This document shows, piece by piece, positions 1-11,210 of a DNA stretch of 64,000 nt (within the stretch, counting starts at the first letter, position 1; each line of letters opens with the position of its first letter). The stretch is taken from positions 96,743,942-96,807,941 of the forward strand of contig NC_090380.1 of assembly GCF_036365525.1 (NCBI RefSeq). Reading direction: 5' to 3'. The position numbers and the translations under genes were made by a program. A model generated the notes under the pieces. That model searched no databases. It was not told the DNA's origin and worked only from the letters and a program-made list of their open reading frames with translations. This stretch comes from Heterodontus francisci. Its lineage: Eukaryota.

Positions 1-938
1 GGATGAGGAAGTGGAAGGCTGGGTTAGCAAGTTTGCCAATGACACGAAGGTTGCTGGAGTTGTGGATAGTGTGGAAGGCTGTTGTAGGTTGCAACGGGAC
101 ATTGACAGGATGCAGAGCTGGGCTGAGAAGTGGCAGATGGAGTTCAACCTGGAAAAGTGTGAAGTGATTCATTTTGGAAGGTCGAATTTGAATGCAGAAT
201 ACAGGCTTAAAGACAGGATTCTTGGTAGTGTGGAGGAACAGGGGGATCTTGGGGTGCATGTCCATAGATCGCTCAAAGTTGCCACCCAAGTTGATAGGGT
301 TGTTAAGAAGGCGTATGGTGTATTGGCTTTCATTAACAGGGGGATTGAGTTTAAGAGCCGCGAGGTTATGCTGCAGCTCTCAGGCCCTGGTTCAACCACA
401 CTTGGAATATTGTGTTCAGTTCTGGTCGCCTCATTATAGGAAGGATGTGGAAGCTTTAGAGAGGGTGCAGAGGCGATTTACCAGGATGCTGCCTGGACTG
501 GAGGGCATGTCTTACGAAGAAAGATTGAGGGAGCTAGGGCTTTTCTCATTGGAGCGAAGAAGGATGAGAGGTGACTTGATAGAGGGGTACAAGATGATGA
601 GAGGCATAGATAGAATGGATAGCCAGAGACTTTTTCCCAGGGTGGAAAGGGCTATCACCAGGGGGCATAATTTTAAGGTGATTGGAGGAAGGTTTCGGGG
701 AGATGTCAGAGGTAGGTTCTTTACACAGAGAGTGGTGGGTGCGTGGAATGCGCTGCCAGCGGTGGTAGTAGAAGCAGATACATTAGGGACATTTAAGCGA
801 CTCTTGGATAGGTACATGGATGATAGTAGAATGAAGGGTAGGTAGTTAGTTTGATCTGAGAGTAGGTTAAAGGTTCGGCACAACATCGTGGGCCGAAGGG
901 CCTGTACTGTGCTGTACTGTTCTATGTTCTATGTTCTA
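1..938 (+). mobile_element. CR1-clade (HER1-like) LINE, 3' part: RT C-terminus, 3' UTR and microsatellite tail
   Basis: ORFs 11-439 and 192-845 give SKFANDTK (FADD motif decayed), WAEKWQMEFN, HLEYCVQFW and FFTQRVVGAWNALP, with one frameshift; ends in (TTCTATG)n at ~920-938. Confidence 0.95.
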
Positions 939-1852
939 GTTGACTAGGTCAATAAGAATCACATGATGGAGTAAGTTAACATTAAGGGAGTGCACCCAGT
1001 TCTGTACCACTGTAACCTCTATCAAAGCAAAGCATACAACAAAGCCAACATACTTATTCCAAATGTTGTACTTTTCCTTGGATAGTCAAATGTACCTTTC
1101 TTTCTCCTGAAGACTGGTTGGCTGATCATGTTCAGCAAAAGACTCATGGATCTGAAGTGGTTTGTGAAAGCTTGCTCCTGGGAGGAAGCTGCAACTTTGG
1201 ACGCTCGTTCCTGGGAAGTCTGGGGTCTCTCCCTACATGCTACCGGTGACGCATTGAGCAAGAAAGCCAGAGGCCTGTCAATTGCTGCTTTCCTGAGAGA
1301 CGGCAGCCTCAGGTAGGTTGCCTCCAACTGTTTCCCTCCCAGTAGGCCCTGGAACTTTGTGCCCATTGATCAATGGGCTGGCTGCTCCAATGGCAGCTAT
1401 CAAGAGACAGCAGCATGCATCATGACCTACAGGACATGGAAGGTAGTAGGCAGGGTACTGTTTAACCTGTCCGCAAATGTCACCAGAACAACAGTCTGTA
1501 CTTCCACGTAGATGGGGGCATCGTTTGGTCCCTGGCCATTTCTTAGGTGGGTGTCTGCTACAGGTTCCCATGCAATGGCCACACATTCTGTTGATATTGC
1601 TGCAAATGAGAACTGCAGACACAAGAATCACACCTGTCAGTTGTTGGACATGAAACACTTAACATACATGTAGTCAAATATTGCCATGTTATAATACTTT
1701 AAAGGCTATCGTTCGGGGGAATACCCCTGTGATTCAGTTACCTGCCCTGTTGTTCATGTGAATATAATCTTCCCTTTGCTGACTTAGTAAGATCACTAAA
1801 CTTCTTCTGATGCTGCAAGGAGGTTCTTGGGGTTGTGAAGTCCCACTCACAG

Positions 1853-2004
1853 AGGGCCATTTCAACCTAACCTGTCCAGAGTCAGATCTGTCCTCCTGTT
1901 TACACCCTGCTCAAGTATAAAATTCCATTGACTTCAATAGTAAAATGAGTGGCCGAGTTGATCCCATAAATTTCCCACCAGTCAAGTTATGTCAAAATTA
2001 CCCC
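1853..2004. mobile_element. Short degenerate MITE-like palindromic element
   Basis: Ends GGGCCATTTCAACC and GTCAAAATTACCCC are loose inverted termini; no coding capacity. Confidence 0.3.
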
Positions 2005-4028
2005 AACACTTGCAGCCACCTCCTTTCCTATTAGCCCATGAAGGCATGACTGCATGTGAAGACTTCTTCCCTGATACTCCAATCAATCTGTCCTCCTTTC
2101 TCTAATTTGGGGCAGGAGTCCTTCCATGTCAACCTTATCAAAGTTCGATACTTGCATTTTTCTTTCTTTAGCTCCAGTCATTTTAGTCCCTCGCTTAAAA
2201 CTCCACTCAGTCAATTATCTGGATGAAGTCCTTTAAATCAAGATCTTGCACTCTTGCTGCACCTTCCCCAATCTTCTGGGCTTCCCTGGCATGTCTAACC
2301 CCATCTGGCAAGTCTCCTGCCCTTGTCCAAACAGCATTACTTAGGTTAGCTGACCCCAATATTTGAAACTGGACCGACCTCCTCAGATTTCAGTGGGCAT
2401 GATTCCCACTCCACCACACTTATCCTATATTAATGGGGATTCAGGAATTACCAGGCCATTGTGTCTGCCTCTGGTGGGTTAAGGAGATGGCTTCATAATC
2501 TAAATTGTGATCCTCATGAACCTACAGTCTAAATTTACTGGTAAGTACACATCCATAGAGGTGATACAATCGACCTCAGTGCTCCTGGGTTAGGAAGACG
2601 GAAAATCTGACATGTTTCCTGCTCCTGATCATTTATCAGTGACACCAACCCCCTCCCCCACCAGGTGTAAAGTGCATGCTTGGATTTTAGGCTTGGTTGA
2701 GGCAATGCTTGCTTAGCAGTCATGCAGATTGGGGAATCAGTTTGCCATGCTCGGCTATGACATATATTCCTAATTTTAAGATATGAGCTTAATTCAATGT
2801 GGACTCTTTGAAATTGTCTCACCACTCTGAACTGGCTTCCCCATGGTGGGGGAAGGAAAGAAACCGATCCATAAAGAATAGGTACAACAATACTTTAAAG
2901 TTCTGGGGATGGGGTGGGGGCGGGGGTGGTTGGTGGAGGAATCATTTAAGCGAACAGGACATTTTCACACAAATTCCCAGCGGGAGTCAGGAATTATTGA
3001 AGCCACAAACTGTCACAACAAAACAACGTGCTCTCCAAATCACTAAGGGAGGAATTTGTATCAATTGGCAGGTGGTCCTATCTTCACATGACATCCAACC
3101 TCCCTGGCCGATCCCCAGTGCACAGAATCAAGAGAAACTCAGAAGCTAAAGCGAGAGCTGAGGTCACAGCAGCCGATCTCAGTCCGTACTTTATCACTTG
3201 GAAAATGATCTCGCCTGGCAGCTGATTAGGCAGCACCTCGGGAGACCAATTATTCTATTCAACCCAATACAAACTGTAGCAGTCTGCTGCCAGTACCCAG
3301 GGGGAGACACTCTTCTGGGCATTAACTAAAAGGAGCTAGACACCCCCACTCCACAATTTGCTCTCATATCACTGCTGCAATAATTACAAAATTAACTCAT
3401 GATTTTCTTTGAATATCTCCTAATTAAATGAGCAATTTTCTAAAGCCCAGGCATGGGCAAATTATCTTTGTCACTATTAAAACAGTGAAAGCACAAATAC
3501 AGGAGGTAAAATCTCACCATAGCAGGTTCTGTCGCCTACTTAATTAAATGGAGAGAGCAGCTCAGTTCCCTGGGGCACATCATCTGACAACATGGGAGCT
3601 ATCAGTGCATTTTCTGCTCATGATAATTCCAGTGAAACAACCTGTAAAGATATCTACTTTAGCAATTTAAGCTGGTCTAAGGAACCTGGATTTTTTTTTT
3701 CCGTGGGTGGTATTGTGACCACCCAGTTTTTGCAATGGAATTGCCAGGCAAATACCATCTTGCTTCTCACACAAGTGATAATCCTTCACAGCCTAGCTGT
3801 CAGAGGGATGCAACTGGGAGTCAGCTGTTGGCATTGTATCTATTGTGATCCTCGGCGATGATGAGGGCAGAAAATAAAAGTGAATAGGTTTTATTGCTCT
3901 GTTGCTTGATTTTGTCATCTTTTAAAACAATGTTCTCCTCTTGCACTGTACTTGTGGAATCAGCCACCAACAGTTTCACACCAATTGTGAGGCTAGGCTT
4001 TCATAATGCTTGAACTGTGTACCTGAGC

Positions 4029-4663
4029 TGTAGTGTTTGATTGATCTGGGTTTGATTGTGTTAGTCTGTCCACTTATCCATGTTCACTGTGCTTGATTGC
4101 TTAAGCCTATGGGTGGAGCTTAGGAGTTTGAAACTGAAACTAAACCAGCAGGACCAGAATGTTCTACTAGAGACAGAATGTTCTGAGAAGACATTGTACT
4201 GAGATCTTCTAAGTGCTGAGTGCACCAAGGCTCCTTAGACAGCACCTTCCAAACCCACGACCTCTACCACCTAGAAGGACAAGGGCAGCAAATGCATGGG
4301 AACACTATGACCTGCAAGTTCCCCTCCAAGCCACAGACCATCCTGACTTGGAATTATATCACCTTTCCTTCACAGTTGTTGGGTCAAAATCCTGGAACTC
4401 CCTTCCTAGCAGCACTTTGGGTGTACCTACCCCATATGGACTACAGCGGTTCAAAAAGGCAGCTCACCCCCACCTTTTCAAGGGCAATTAGGGATGGGCA
4501 ATAAATGCTGGCCTAGCCAGCGATGTCCACATCCCATGAATGAATAAAAAAAATTCAAGTGCTACAAATAAAATAGTTGGTGATTTAATACAAGTGTGAT
4601 ATCTGCATTGCTCTGAGATCAATCAGATATATAAATAGCCAGCAACCCAGCGTAAACATAACA
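4029..4663 (+). repeat. 5' LTR, interrupted at ~4220-4556 by a LINE 3' fragment
   Basis: Aligns with 6752-7053 except for the inserted block. Confidence 0.88.
4220..4556 (+). mobile_element. 3' fragment of the tRNA-headed LINE family (see 25630-28903)
   Basis: ORF 4213-4491 (APRLLRQHLPNPRPLPPRRTRAANAWEH...KGN*) matches ORF 25688-26110; same tail GGGCAATTAGGGATGGGCAATAAATGCTGG...CCCATGAATGAATAAAA. Confidence 0.92.
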
Positions 4664-4679
4664 AAAACATGGCAATGAG

Positions 4680-5025
4680 GATGATTCAAAAAAATGTAAT
4701 TGTATCCACTCCAGAACCATTTCCTTCAATGCCAGGAAATCCTCCCTTGTCCTGGGAGTGATGGATTTTGGGGTTCAAGGCCTACTTGTTCGCTATGAGG
4801 AAGGACAGCCCCGATGTAGTAGTGAATTGCAAGAAAGTGATACTTGTACATTGTCTTGGAGCAAAAGACCAGAGTTTATTCAAGCAGCTCACAGAAGATA
4901 CGACTACATTGGAAACGGCGGTCAGTGCTCTTGCAAAACCCTTCAGGCCAAAGAAAGGTGTGATGATACAGCGATACACATTCTGCCAGAGATCTGCATG
5001 CAAAGCACAATTTGATGCTAAATAA
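4680..5025 (+). pseudogene. Gypsy gag N-terminal remnant
   Basis: FKAYLFAM...KKVILVHCLGAKDQSLF...AVSALAKPFRPKKGVMIQRYTFCQR resembles Gypsy gag N-termini; lies directly after the LTR/PBS. Confidence 0.7.
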
Positions 5026-5088
5026 GGCACCCAAGATTGACTTTCTAGATTACAGAGTTTCAGCAGCTGGAGTAAGCCTACACACTTA

Positions 5089-5457
5089 GGAGATGGTGGC
5101 ATAGTGGTAATGTCACTAGTCCAGCCATCCAGCTGCCTAGGCTAATACACAGGGGACATGTTTTCAAATCCCACGACAGCAACTGGAGAAATTTAAATTC
5201 AATCCATAAATCTGGAATTAAAAACTAGTTTAATGGTGACCATGGAAGCATTGCCAATTATTATAAAAACTCATCTGGTTCACTAATGTCTTTTAGGGAA
5301 AGAAATCTGCCATCCTTACCTGGTCTGGCCTACATGTGACTCCAAACCCACAGCAATGTGGTTGACTCTTAACTGCCTTCAGTGGGCAATTAGGGATGGG
5401 CAATAAACGCTGGTCTAGCCAGTGTTGCCCACATCCCATGAATGAATTTCAAAAAAA
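5089..5457 (+). mobile_element. tRNA-derived SINE made of the head and tail of the LINE at 25630-28903
   Basis: A box TGGCATAGTGG at ~5097-5107 and degenerate B box TTTTCAAATCCC; 5089-5380 matches the reverse complement of ~28610-28903 and 5384-5450 matches the LINE tail. Confidence 0.9.
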
Positions 5458-5639
5458 CACTCTCTAACCAGAAAGACACCAGCCAAACTTATGATAGACT
5501 GTAACTTTTGCATACCACTGACTATTCTTAAGCCATCATTACCAGTGAATGAGAATGTCAGAGCGAAAGCAGATGAAACTGCAGTGACAAGATAAAACAA
5601 AAGCATACTTTGACAAATGTACAGGCGTAAGGGAGCCAT

Positions 5640-5990
5640 AATTTAAAGTTGGAGGTTGGGTTTGAATCAAATGGCCAAATCGTGACCGCAAACCTGCTTC
5701 ATCAGTATCAGGTCCAAAGCAGATTAAATGTTTGTTAGCTACCAATGCTTATCTGTTGGATGACAACACCAAGTGGAATGCGAGACATTTGATAGGGAGC
5801 AGACCAGGATATTTTGAGGATAGTGGTTATGAGGATACATTTCCTTTTCCTATGAGTGATATTGATAATCCACTTCATCATGCTGATCAATCAGATCCAC
5901 AACATCAAATTCGTAAATCTAATCACAGACCTAAGAGACCTTCTTATCTCAAAGACTATTTCTGTACTTGGAGAAAACAGACAAGGTGAA
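5640..5990 (+). pseudogene. Gypsy pol (integrase C-terminal) remnant
   Basis: FKVGGWV...GPKQIK...YLLDDNTKWNARHL...RKSNHRPKRPSYLKDY; the terminal RxSxRxxKxPxYLKDY-like motif is typical of Gypsy pol ends. Confidence 0.6.
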
Positions 5991-6052
5991 CACTGAGAAA
6001 TAAAATGATGTACCTTTGTTTGCTGTTTAGAATAATTTTATTCATAAATAAT

Positions 6053-6719
6053 GGGCTGGATTTTACACCCCCCCCCCCACTGATGTCAGGTGTGATGACG
6101 GGAGGTGGGGGGAGGTGGGGGGGGGGTGGGGGTGGTCTCAATATTGGGAAGGCCTGGCCTGATATTGCCGGTGATAGCAAGGTTTCATGGCAGCCTCCAC
6201 ACCGCCACCCCCCCTGCCGCTTGCGACGGGACCAAAATTTGCATAGGTAAATTTATTTAAATAAATGAATGAAGTAATTACCCACTCCCACCATCCGTTC
6301 CGGGGTGATATTGGTGCCGGTGTCCGGCACTCCCATGCCTTTGGATACCTGTCCGGATATCTGAGGCAGAACACTGGTGGGGAAGGGGAAGCAGGTAAGT
6401 TTTTCAGTGCGGGAGGTGGGGCAGCAGAGTCAGATTAATTTTATTGGTCTGGGGGTGATGGGAGGGGATAAAGTTTAAAGTTGATGAAATTTGGAGGGGG
6501 AAGGTCGGCAGCACGAGGGAAGTGTTTTCTGGTGGGGAGGGAAGGCAGGTAATTACTTCTATGCTTATTGGGGGGGTGGGAGAGGGTAAGGATCACTGTT
6601 TAACATGAGCTGCTGCTTTCAATATTATGGCGGCTCCATGACGTGCGGTCTGCATGGGCAGACCGCCATTTTTGAAGCTCGCTGCCAATCTTGGTGGGCG
6701 AGCTTATAAAATCCAGCCC
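6053..6719. mobile_element. GC-rich non-autonomous TIR element (PIF/Harbinger-type MITE)
   Basis: TIR GGGCTGGATTTTA ... TAAAATCCAGCCC; 3-bp TSD AAT on both sides. Confidence 0.8.
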
Positions 6720-6751
6720 AATGTGGCTGTTTTAGTTAAGAGGGGGGAAAA

Positions 6752-7053
6752 TGTAGTATTCGATTGACCTGGGTTTGATTGTATTAGTCTGTTCACTTAT
6801 CTGTGCTCACTGTGCTTAATTGCTTAAGCCTATGGGTGGAGCTTCAGAGTTTGAAACTGAAACTAAAAGAGCAGGACTAGAATGTTCTGCTAGACACAGA
6901 TTGTTCTGAGAAGACGTTGTACTGAGATCTTGTGAGTGCTGATATATTTTAAAGTGCTGTAAATAAACCAATTGGTGATTTAATACAAGTTTGATATATG
7001 TTTTGAGATAAATCAGATATATAAATATCCAGCAACCCAGTGTAAACATAATA
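6752..7053 (+). repeat. 3' LTR
   Basis: Direct repeat of 4029-4663; preceded by the PPT, contains AATAAA, followed by TSD TGAGC. Confidence 0.9.
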
Positions 7054-7272
7054 TGAGCCACACAGATTAGTAGGTTTCCAAGTCCAATTACCAGGTCTGA
7101 TAGGGATGCTGAATTTGGCAACCCTGGGCTGAGGAGGGAAGACAGGGTTCCCACTGCTGAGCCTGCTGTGAAAAGTATATATAACATTGAGGGGGAACAG
7201 GATCAGGTTTGCTGTGATTTCATCCCAAAGCTACCAACATCAATCACCACATCGCCAACTGCCAATCATTCA

Positions 7273-7709
7273 GGTCCTGATTTTAAGGGAGGATAGGTAC
7301 GGTGCACATAAGCCCCAAAGCGGGCAGCACATATTGGGGGGCTGGGCTGGGCCTCATTTAAATTAGTGTTCCTGGAATCCTGCATGAACCCGACCAGATC
7401 CACTCCTTGACTGGAAGGCAGGCCAGATTTCGGTAGCTGATCGGTAGCGGACAGGGGGGAAGAATGTGAAGGAAGCTCTGGAGGCAATGGGGGATGGGTT
7501 CATTGATGTCATCAGGCCCTGATCTGCATATTTAAAGAGGAGCCCACTGCCTTCCTGTGGGTCCACACTCATTTGCTGAAAAGTGCAGGTTAAGATTGGG
7601 GTACGGTATGAAGGCAGCGGGATCAGAGGGTGGGAGTGACTGGCCTCATTTATAACTGCCCCTCTCACCATTCGGTTTCAACCAGGCAGGGGGAGTTAAA
7701 ATTGGTACC
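7273..7709. mobile_element. Degenerate MITE
   Basis: Termini GGTCCTGATTTTAA and TTAAAATTGGTACC; internal CATTTAAA motifs as in the other MITEs. Confidence 0.45.
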
Positions 7710-7944
7710 TTCACTGTCTAGGACCACACCTTAGGAATAGCCACTTGGGTGAGATATCAGAGGGCAGAAGACACTTGTTGAGTAGTTTAACAGTGGAAGT
7801 CAGTGTGTTCTCGAGAGGGAGGGAGAAACTGGAGAGAGAAAAAATGCTTTGTATTTTTGTTTCACATTTGATTTGCATTTGGGACAGATCTCCTTTAATC
7901 CTTTGTTCACTGCCATTTCAGTGGTTAAAATCATCAAAATGTTG

Positions 7945-8095
7945 CCTCTTACTCTTCTAAATTCCAGCGTATACAAGCCTAGCCTGTCCGATCTTTCCTC
8001 ATAAGACAGCCCGCCCATTCCAGGTATTAGTCTAGTGAACCTTCTCTGTACTGCTTCCAATGCATTTACATCCTTCCTTAAATAAGGAGACCAGT
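7945..8095 (-). mobile_element. CR1 LINE fragment
   Basis: WSPYLRKDVNALEAVQRRFTRLIPGMGGLSYEER in ORF 7800-8099. Confidence 0.85.
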
Positions 8096-8179
8096 TCAAC
8101 CCAAGTGGTTTGTTTTTGTCTGTAATAGAGCTCTAAAAACAAAAATCCCATTATTTTTCCAGTTAACCAGTGCATGTAT

Positions 8180-8961
8180 TGGCTGAATTTTATTCAGGCC
8201 TTGCGCTGCATGGCGGCGCCCTTTAAACTCAGAGGGGTGCCCGCATTCAATGGCTGCCAAGGAGCCCCCATGATATTTTGTGCGGGAGCTCATTTAAATA
8301 GTGGAGGTGGAGTGCCCGCCCCTGATGATGATGTGTTGGGGCAGCTGCCGTGTCCCTGGCAACGGCATCCAGTGCTTCCATGGACACCGGCACCATTTTT
8401 AAAGGGCTTTAAGCCTTTACAAATAATTACAGTTTTTAAAGGGAAAATATGATTAGTTTTTATTAAATATAAAAATAAGTGATGGAGGCCCTTCCCCAAC
8501 ACCCCCTATGGTCATTTCATTGCCTGAAATGACCATGAATTGATATTTCAAATCTCCAAACTTCCCCCCCACAACCTTTAATCTTTTGCCCTCAACCCCT
8601 TCCCGCCATCCCCACTTCCAATAAAAATTAATTTCCCCACTCCTCCTCCCCTCTCCCCGCCAGGTTCTCACCTCAGAATTCCGTGCGGAGTTCCGAAGGC
8701 GCGTGAAGTCCGAACGGAGGCTGTAAAATCGGCGTGGGACAGCAGGTAAAGTTATTTTGCATACACTTATTGGCAATCTGCATATTGGGATGAAGGGCCC
8801 GATGCCAGGCGGTCGGGGGGCCGCACTGAGGTCCCCCTGCCGCTGGTAATATGTGGCGGGCCCTTCTTGTTGTCTTTGGTCGAGGTGGGCCTCTCCCTGC
8901 AGAATTTTACTGGCTTCCGCACCGTGACCCGTGGCGTCGAGAGGCTGGTAAAATTCAGCCC
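8180..8961. mobile_element. PIF/Harbinger-type MITE
   Basis: TIR TGGCTGAATTTTA ... TAAAATTCAGCCC; 3-bp TSD TAT. Confidence 0.72.
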
Positions 8962-9504
8962 TATGTGTGTGAGTGTGAGGCTCAGGTAAAAAGGGAACTT
9001 TAATATTTCAATCTGTTTATGCTTTACTTCATTACTGGTTAAGACTTTTTTTTACAATAAACTGATAACTTTCTTGAAGGCCATGTGTTGATTGGCTGGT
9101 GAGTATTGTAACTTTATTTCTTTTTCTCCTAAGTTAGAAAGTTTGTCTAAGGAGCTGGGAAATTAAAAATTTCATTAAAAAAAAACCAAATAAGGTTAAA
9201 GTAAAACAATCCATTAATTCCAGGTTGCATCTAATGAGAGCCGGAATCAATTTCCTTGCAGGGCGATTTTCTAGTGCTGTTGAGGAGGGTTTAAGTTAAC
9301 TTGGCAGGGGTGTGAGCAGCAAGATGTGACACTAGAGAGGAATACCAAGCTGCACAAAATACTGGGAGAGACAGATAGCACTAGAGTAGGAAATAATAAG
9401 TTATTAGGTGAGTTCAGAGTATGGGGAAAAGTAATATATTCTAAATTAGATTTACTGTGCATGTATGTGAATGCATGGAGTATGGTAAATAAGATTGGTG
9501 AGTT

Positions 9505-11210
9505 CTTTTTTCTTTTCTTTCTTTTTGGGCCTCCTTATCTCGAGAGACAATGGATACGCGCCTGGAGGTGGTCAGTGGTTTGTGAAGCAGCGCCTGGAGT
9601 GGCTATAAAGGCCAATTCTGGAGTGACAGGCTCTTCCACAGGTGCTGCAGAGAAATTTGTTTGTTGGGGCTGTTGCACAGTTGGCTCTCCCCTTGCGCCT
9701 CTGTCTTTTTTCCTGCCAACTACTAAGTCTCTTCGACTCGCCACAATTTAGCCCTGTCTTTATGGCTGCCCGCCAGCTCTGGCGAATGCTGGCAACTGAC
9801 TCCCACGACTTGTGATCAATGTCACACGATTTCATGTCGCGTTTGCAGACGTCTTTATAACGGAGACATGGACGGCCGGTGGGTCTGATACCAGTGGCGA
9901 GCTCGCTGTACAATGTGTCTTTGGGGATCCTGCCATCTTCCATGCGGCTCACATGGTCAAGCCATCTCAAGCGCCGCTGACTCAGTAGTGTGTATAAGCT
10001 GGGGATGTTGGCCGCTTCAAGGACTTCTGTGTTGGAGATATAGTCCTGCCACCTGATGCCAAGTATTCTCCGAAGGCAGCGAAGATGGAATGAATTGAGA
10101 CGTCGCTCTTGGCTGGCATACGTTGTCCAGGCCTCGCTGCCGTAGAGCAAGGTACTGAGGACACAGGCCTGATACACTCGGACTTTTGTGTTCCGTGTCA
10201 GTGCGCCATTTTCCCACACTCTCTTGGCCAGTCTGAACATAGCAGTGGAAGCCTTACCCATGCGCTTGTTGATTTCTGCATCTAGAGACAGGTTACTGGT
10301 GATAGTTGAGCCTAGGTAGGTGAACTCTTGAACCACTTCCAGAGCGTGGTCGCCAATATTGATGGATGGAGCATTTCTGACATCCTGCCCCATGATGTTC
10401 GTTTTCTTGAGGCTGATGGTTAGGCCAAATTCATTGCAGGCAGACGCAAACCTGTCGATGAGACTCTGCAGGCATTCTTCAGTGTGAGATGTTAAAGCAG
10501 CATCGTCAGCAAAGAGGAGTTCTCTGATGAGGACTTTCCGTACTTTGGACTTCGCTCTTAGACGGGCAAGGTTGAACAACCTGCCCCCTGATCTTGTGTG
10601 GAGGAAAATTCCTTCTTCAGAGGATTTGAACGCATGTGAAAGCAGCAGGGAGAAGAAAATCCCAAAAAGTGTGGGTGCGAGAACACAGCCCTGTTTCACA
10701 CCACTCAGGATAGGAAAGGGCTCTGATGAGGAGCCACCATGTTGAATTGTGCCTTTCATATTGTCATGGAATGAGGTGATGATACTTAGTAGCTTTGGTG
10801 GACATCCGATCTTTTCTAGTAGTCTGAAGAGACCACGTCTGCTGACGAGGTCAAAGGCTTTGGTGAGATCAATGAAAGCAATGTAGAGGGGCATCTGTTG
10901 TTCACGGCATTTCTCCTGTATCTGACGAAGGGAGAACAGCATGTCAATAGTCGATCTCTCTGCACGAAAGCCACACTGTGCCTCAGGGTAGACGCGCTCG
11001 GCCAACTTCTGGAGCCTGTTCAGAGCGACTCGAGCAAAGACTTTCCCCACTTTGCTGAGCAGGGAGATTCCACGGTAGTTGTTGCAGTCACCGCGGTCAC
11101 CTTTGTTTTTATAGAGGGTGATGATGTTGGCATCGCGCATGTCCTGGGGTACTGCTCCCTCGTCCCAGCACAGGCATAGCAGTTCATGTAGTGCTGAGAG
11201 TATAGCAGGC
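9505..11210 (-). mobile_element. RTE-clade LINE, 5'-truncated, young
   Basis: 10-bp TSD TTGGTGAGTT (9495-9504 and 11211-11220); A/G-rich tail; intact RT ORF. Confidence 0.95.
9572..11140 (-). CDS. RTE retrotransposon reverse transcriptase with C-terminal Zn-finger-like motif; endonuclease lost by truncation
   Basis: Uninterrupted 522 aa: NYRGISLLS, QCGFR, FIDLTKAFDLV, GVKQGCVLAP, LFADD, FTYLGS, LLYGSEAW, CSTCGRACHSRIGLYSH. Confidence 0.9.
   Translation of the reverse strand: MRDANIITLYKNKGDRGDCNNYRGISLLSKVGKVFARVALNRLQKLAERVYPEAQCGFRAERSTIDMLFSLRQIQEKCREQQMPLYIAFIDLTKAFDLVSRRGLFRLLEKIGCPPKLLSIITSFHDNMKGTIQHGGSSSEPFPILSGVKQGCVLAPTLFGIFFSLLLSHAFKSSEEGIFLHTRSGGRLFNLARLRAKSKVRKVLIRELLFADDAALTSHTEECLQSLIDRFASACNEFGLTISLKKTNIMGQDVRNAPSINIGDHALEVVQEFTYLGSTITSNLSLDAEINKRMGKASTAMFRLAKRVWENGALTRNTKVRVYQACVLSTLLYGSEAWTTYASQERRLNSFHLRCLRRILGIRWQDYISNTEVLEAANIPSLYTLLSQRRLRWLDHVSRMEDGRIPKDTLYSELATGIRPTGRPCLRYKDVCKRDMKSCDIDHKSWESVASIRQSWRAAIKTGLNCGESKRLSSWQEKRQRRKGRANCATAPTNKFLCSTCGRACHSRIGLYSHSRRCFTNH

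Larger units (their letters stand above)
4029..7053 (+). mobile_element. Internally deleted Gypsy-type LTR retrotransposon with both LTRs and a 5-bp TSD
   Basis: Direct repeats 4029-4663 and 6752-7053 (TGTAGT...AAACATAACA/ATA); TGAGC at 4024-4028 and 7054-7058; PBS-like TGGCAATGAGGATG after the 5' LTR; purine tract AAGAGGGGGGAAAA at 6738-6751. Confidence 0.9.

Noticed and set aside
7710-9075. Possible LTR fragments around the CR1 piece and MITE
   Set aside because: LTR-like by composition only; no termini, TSD or second copy in the window
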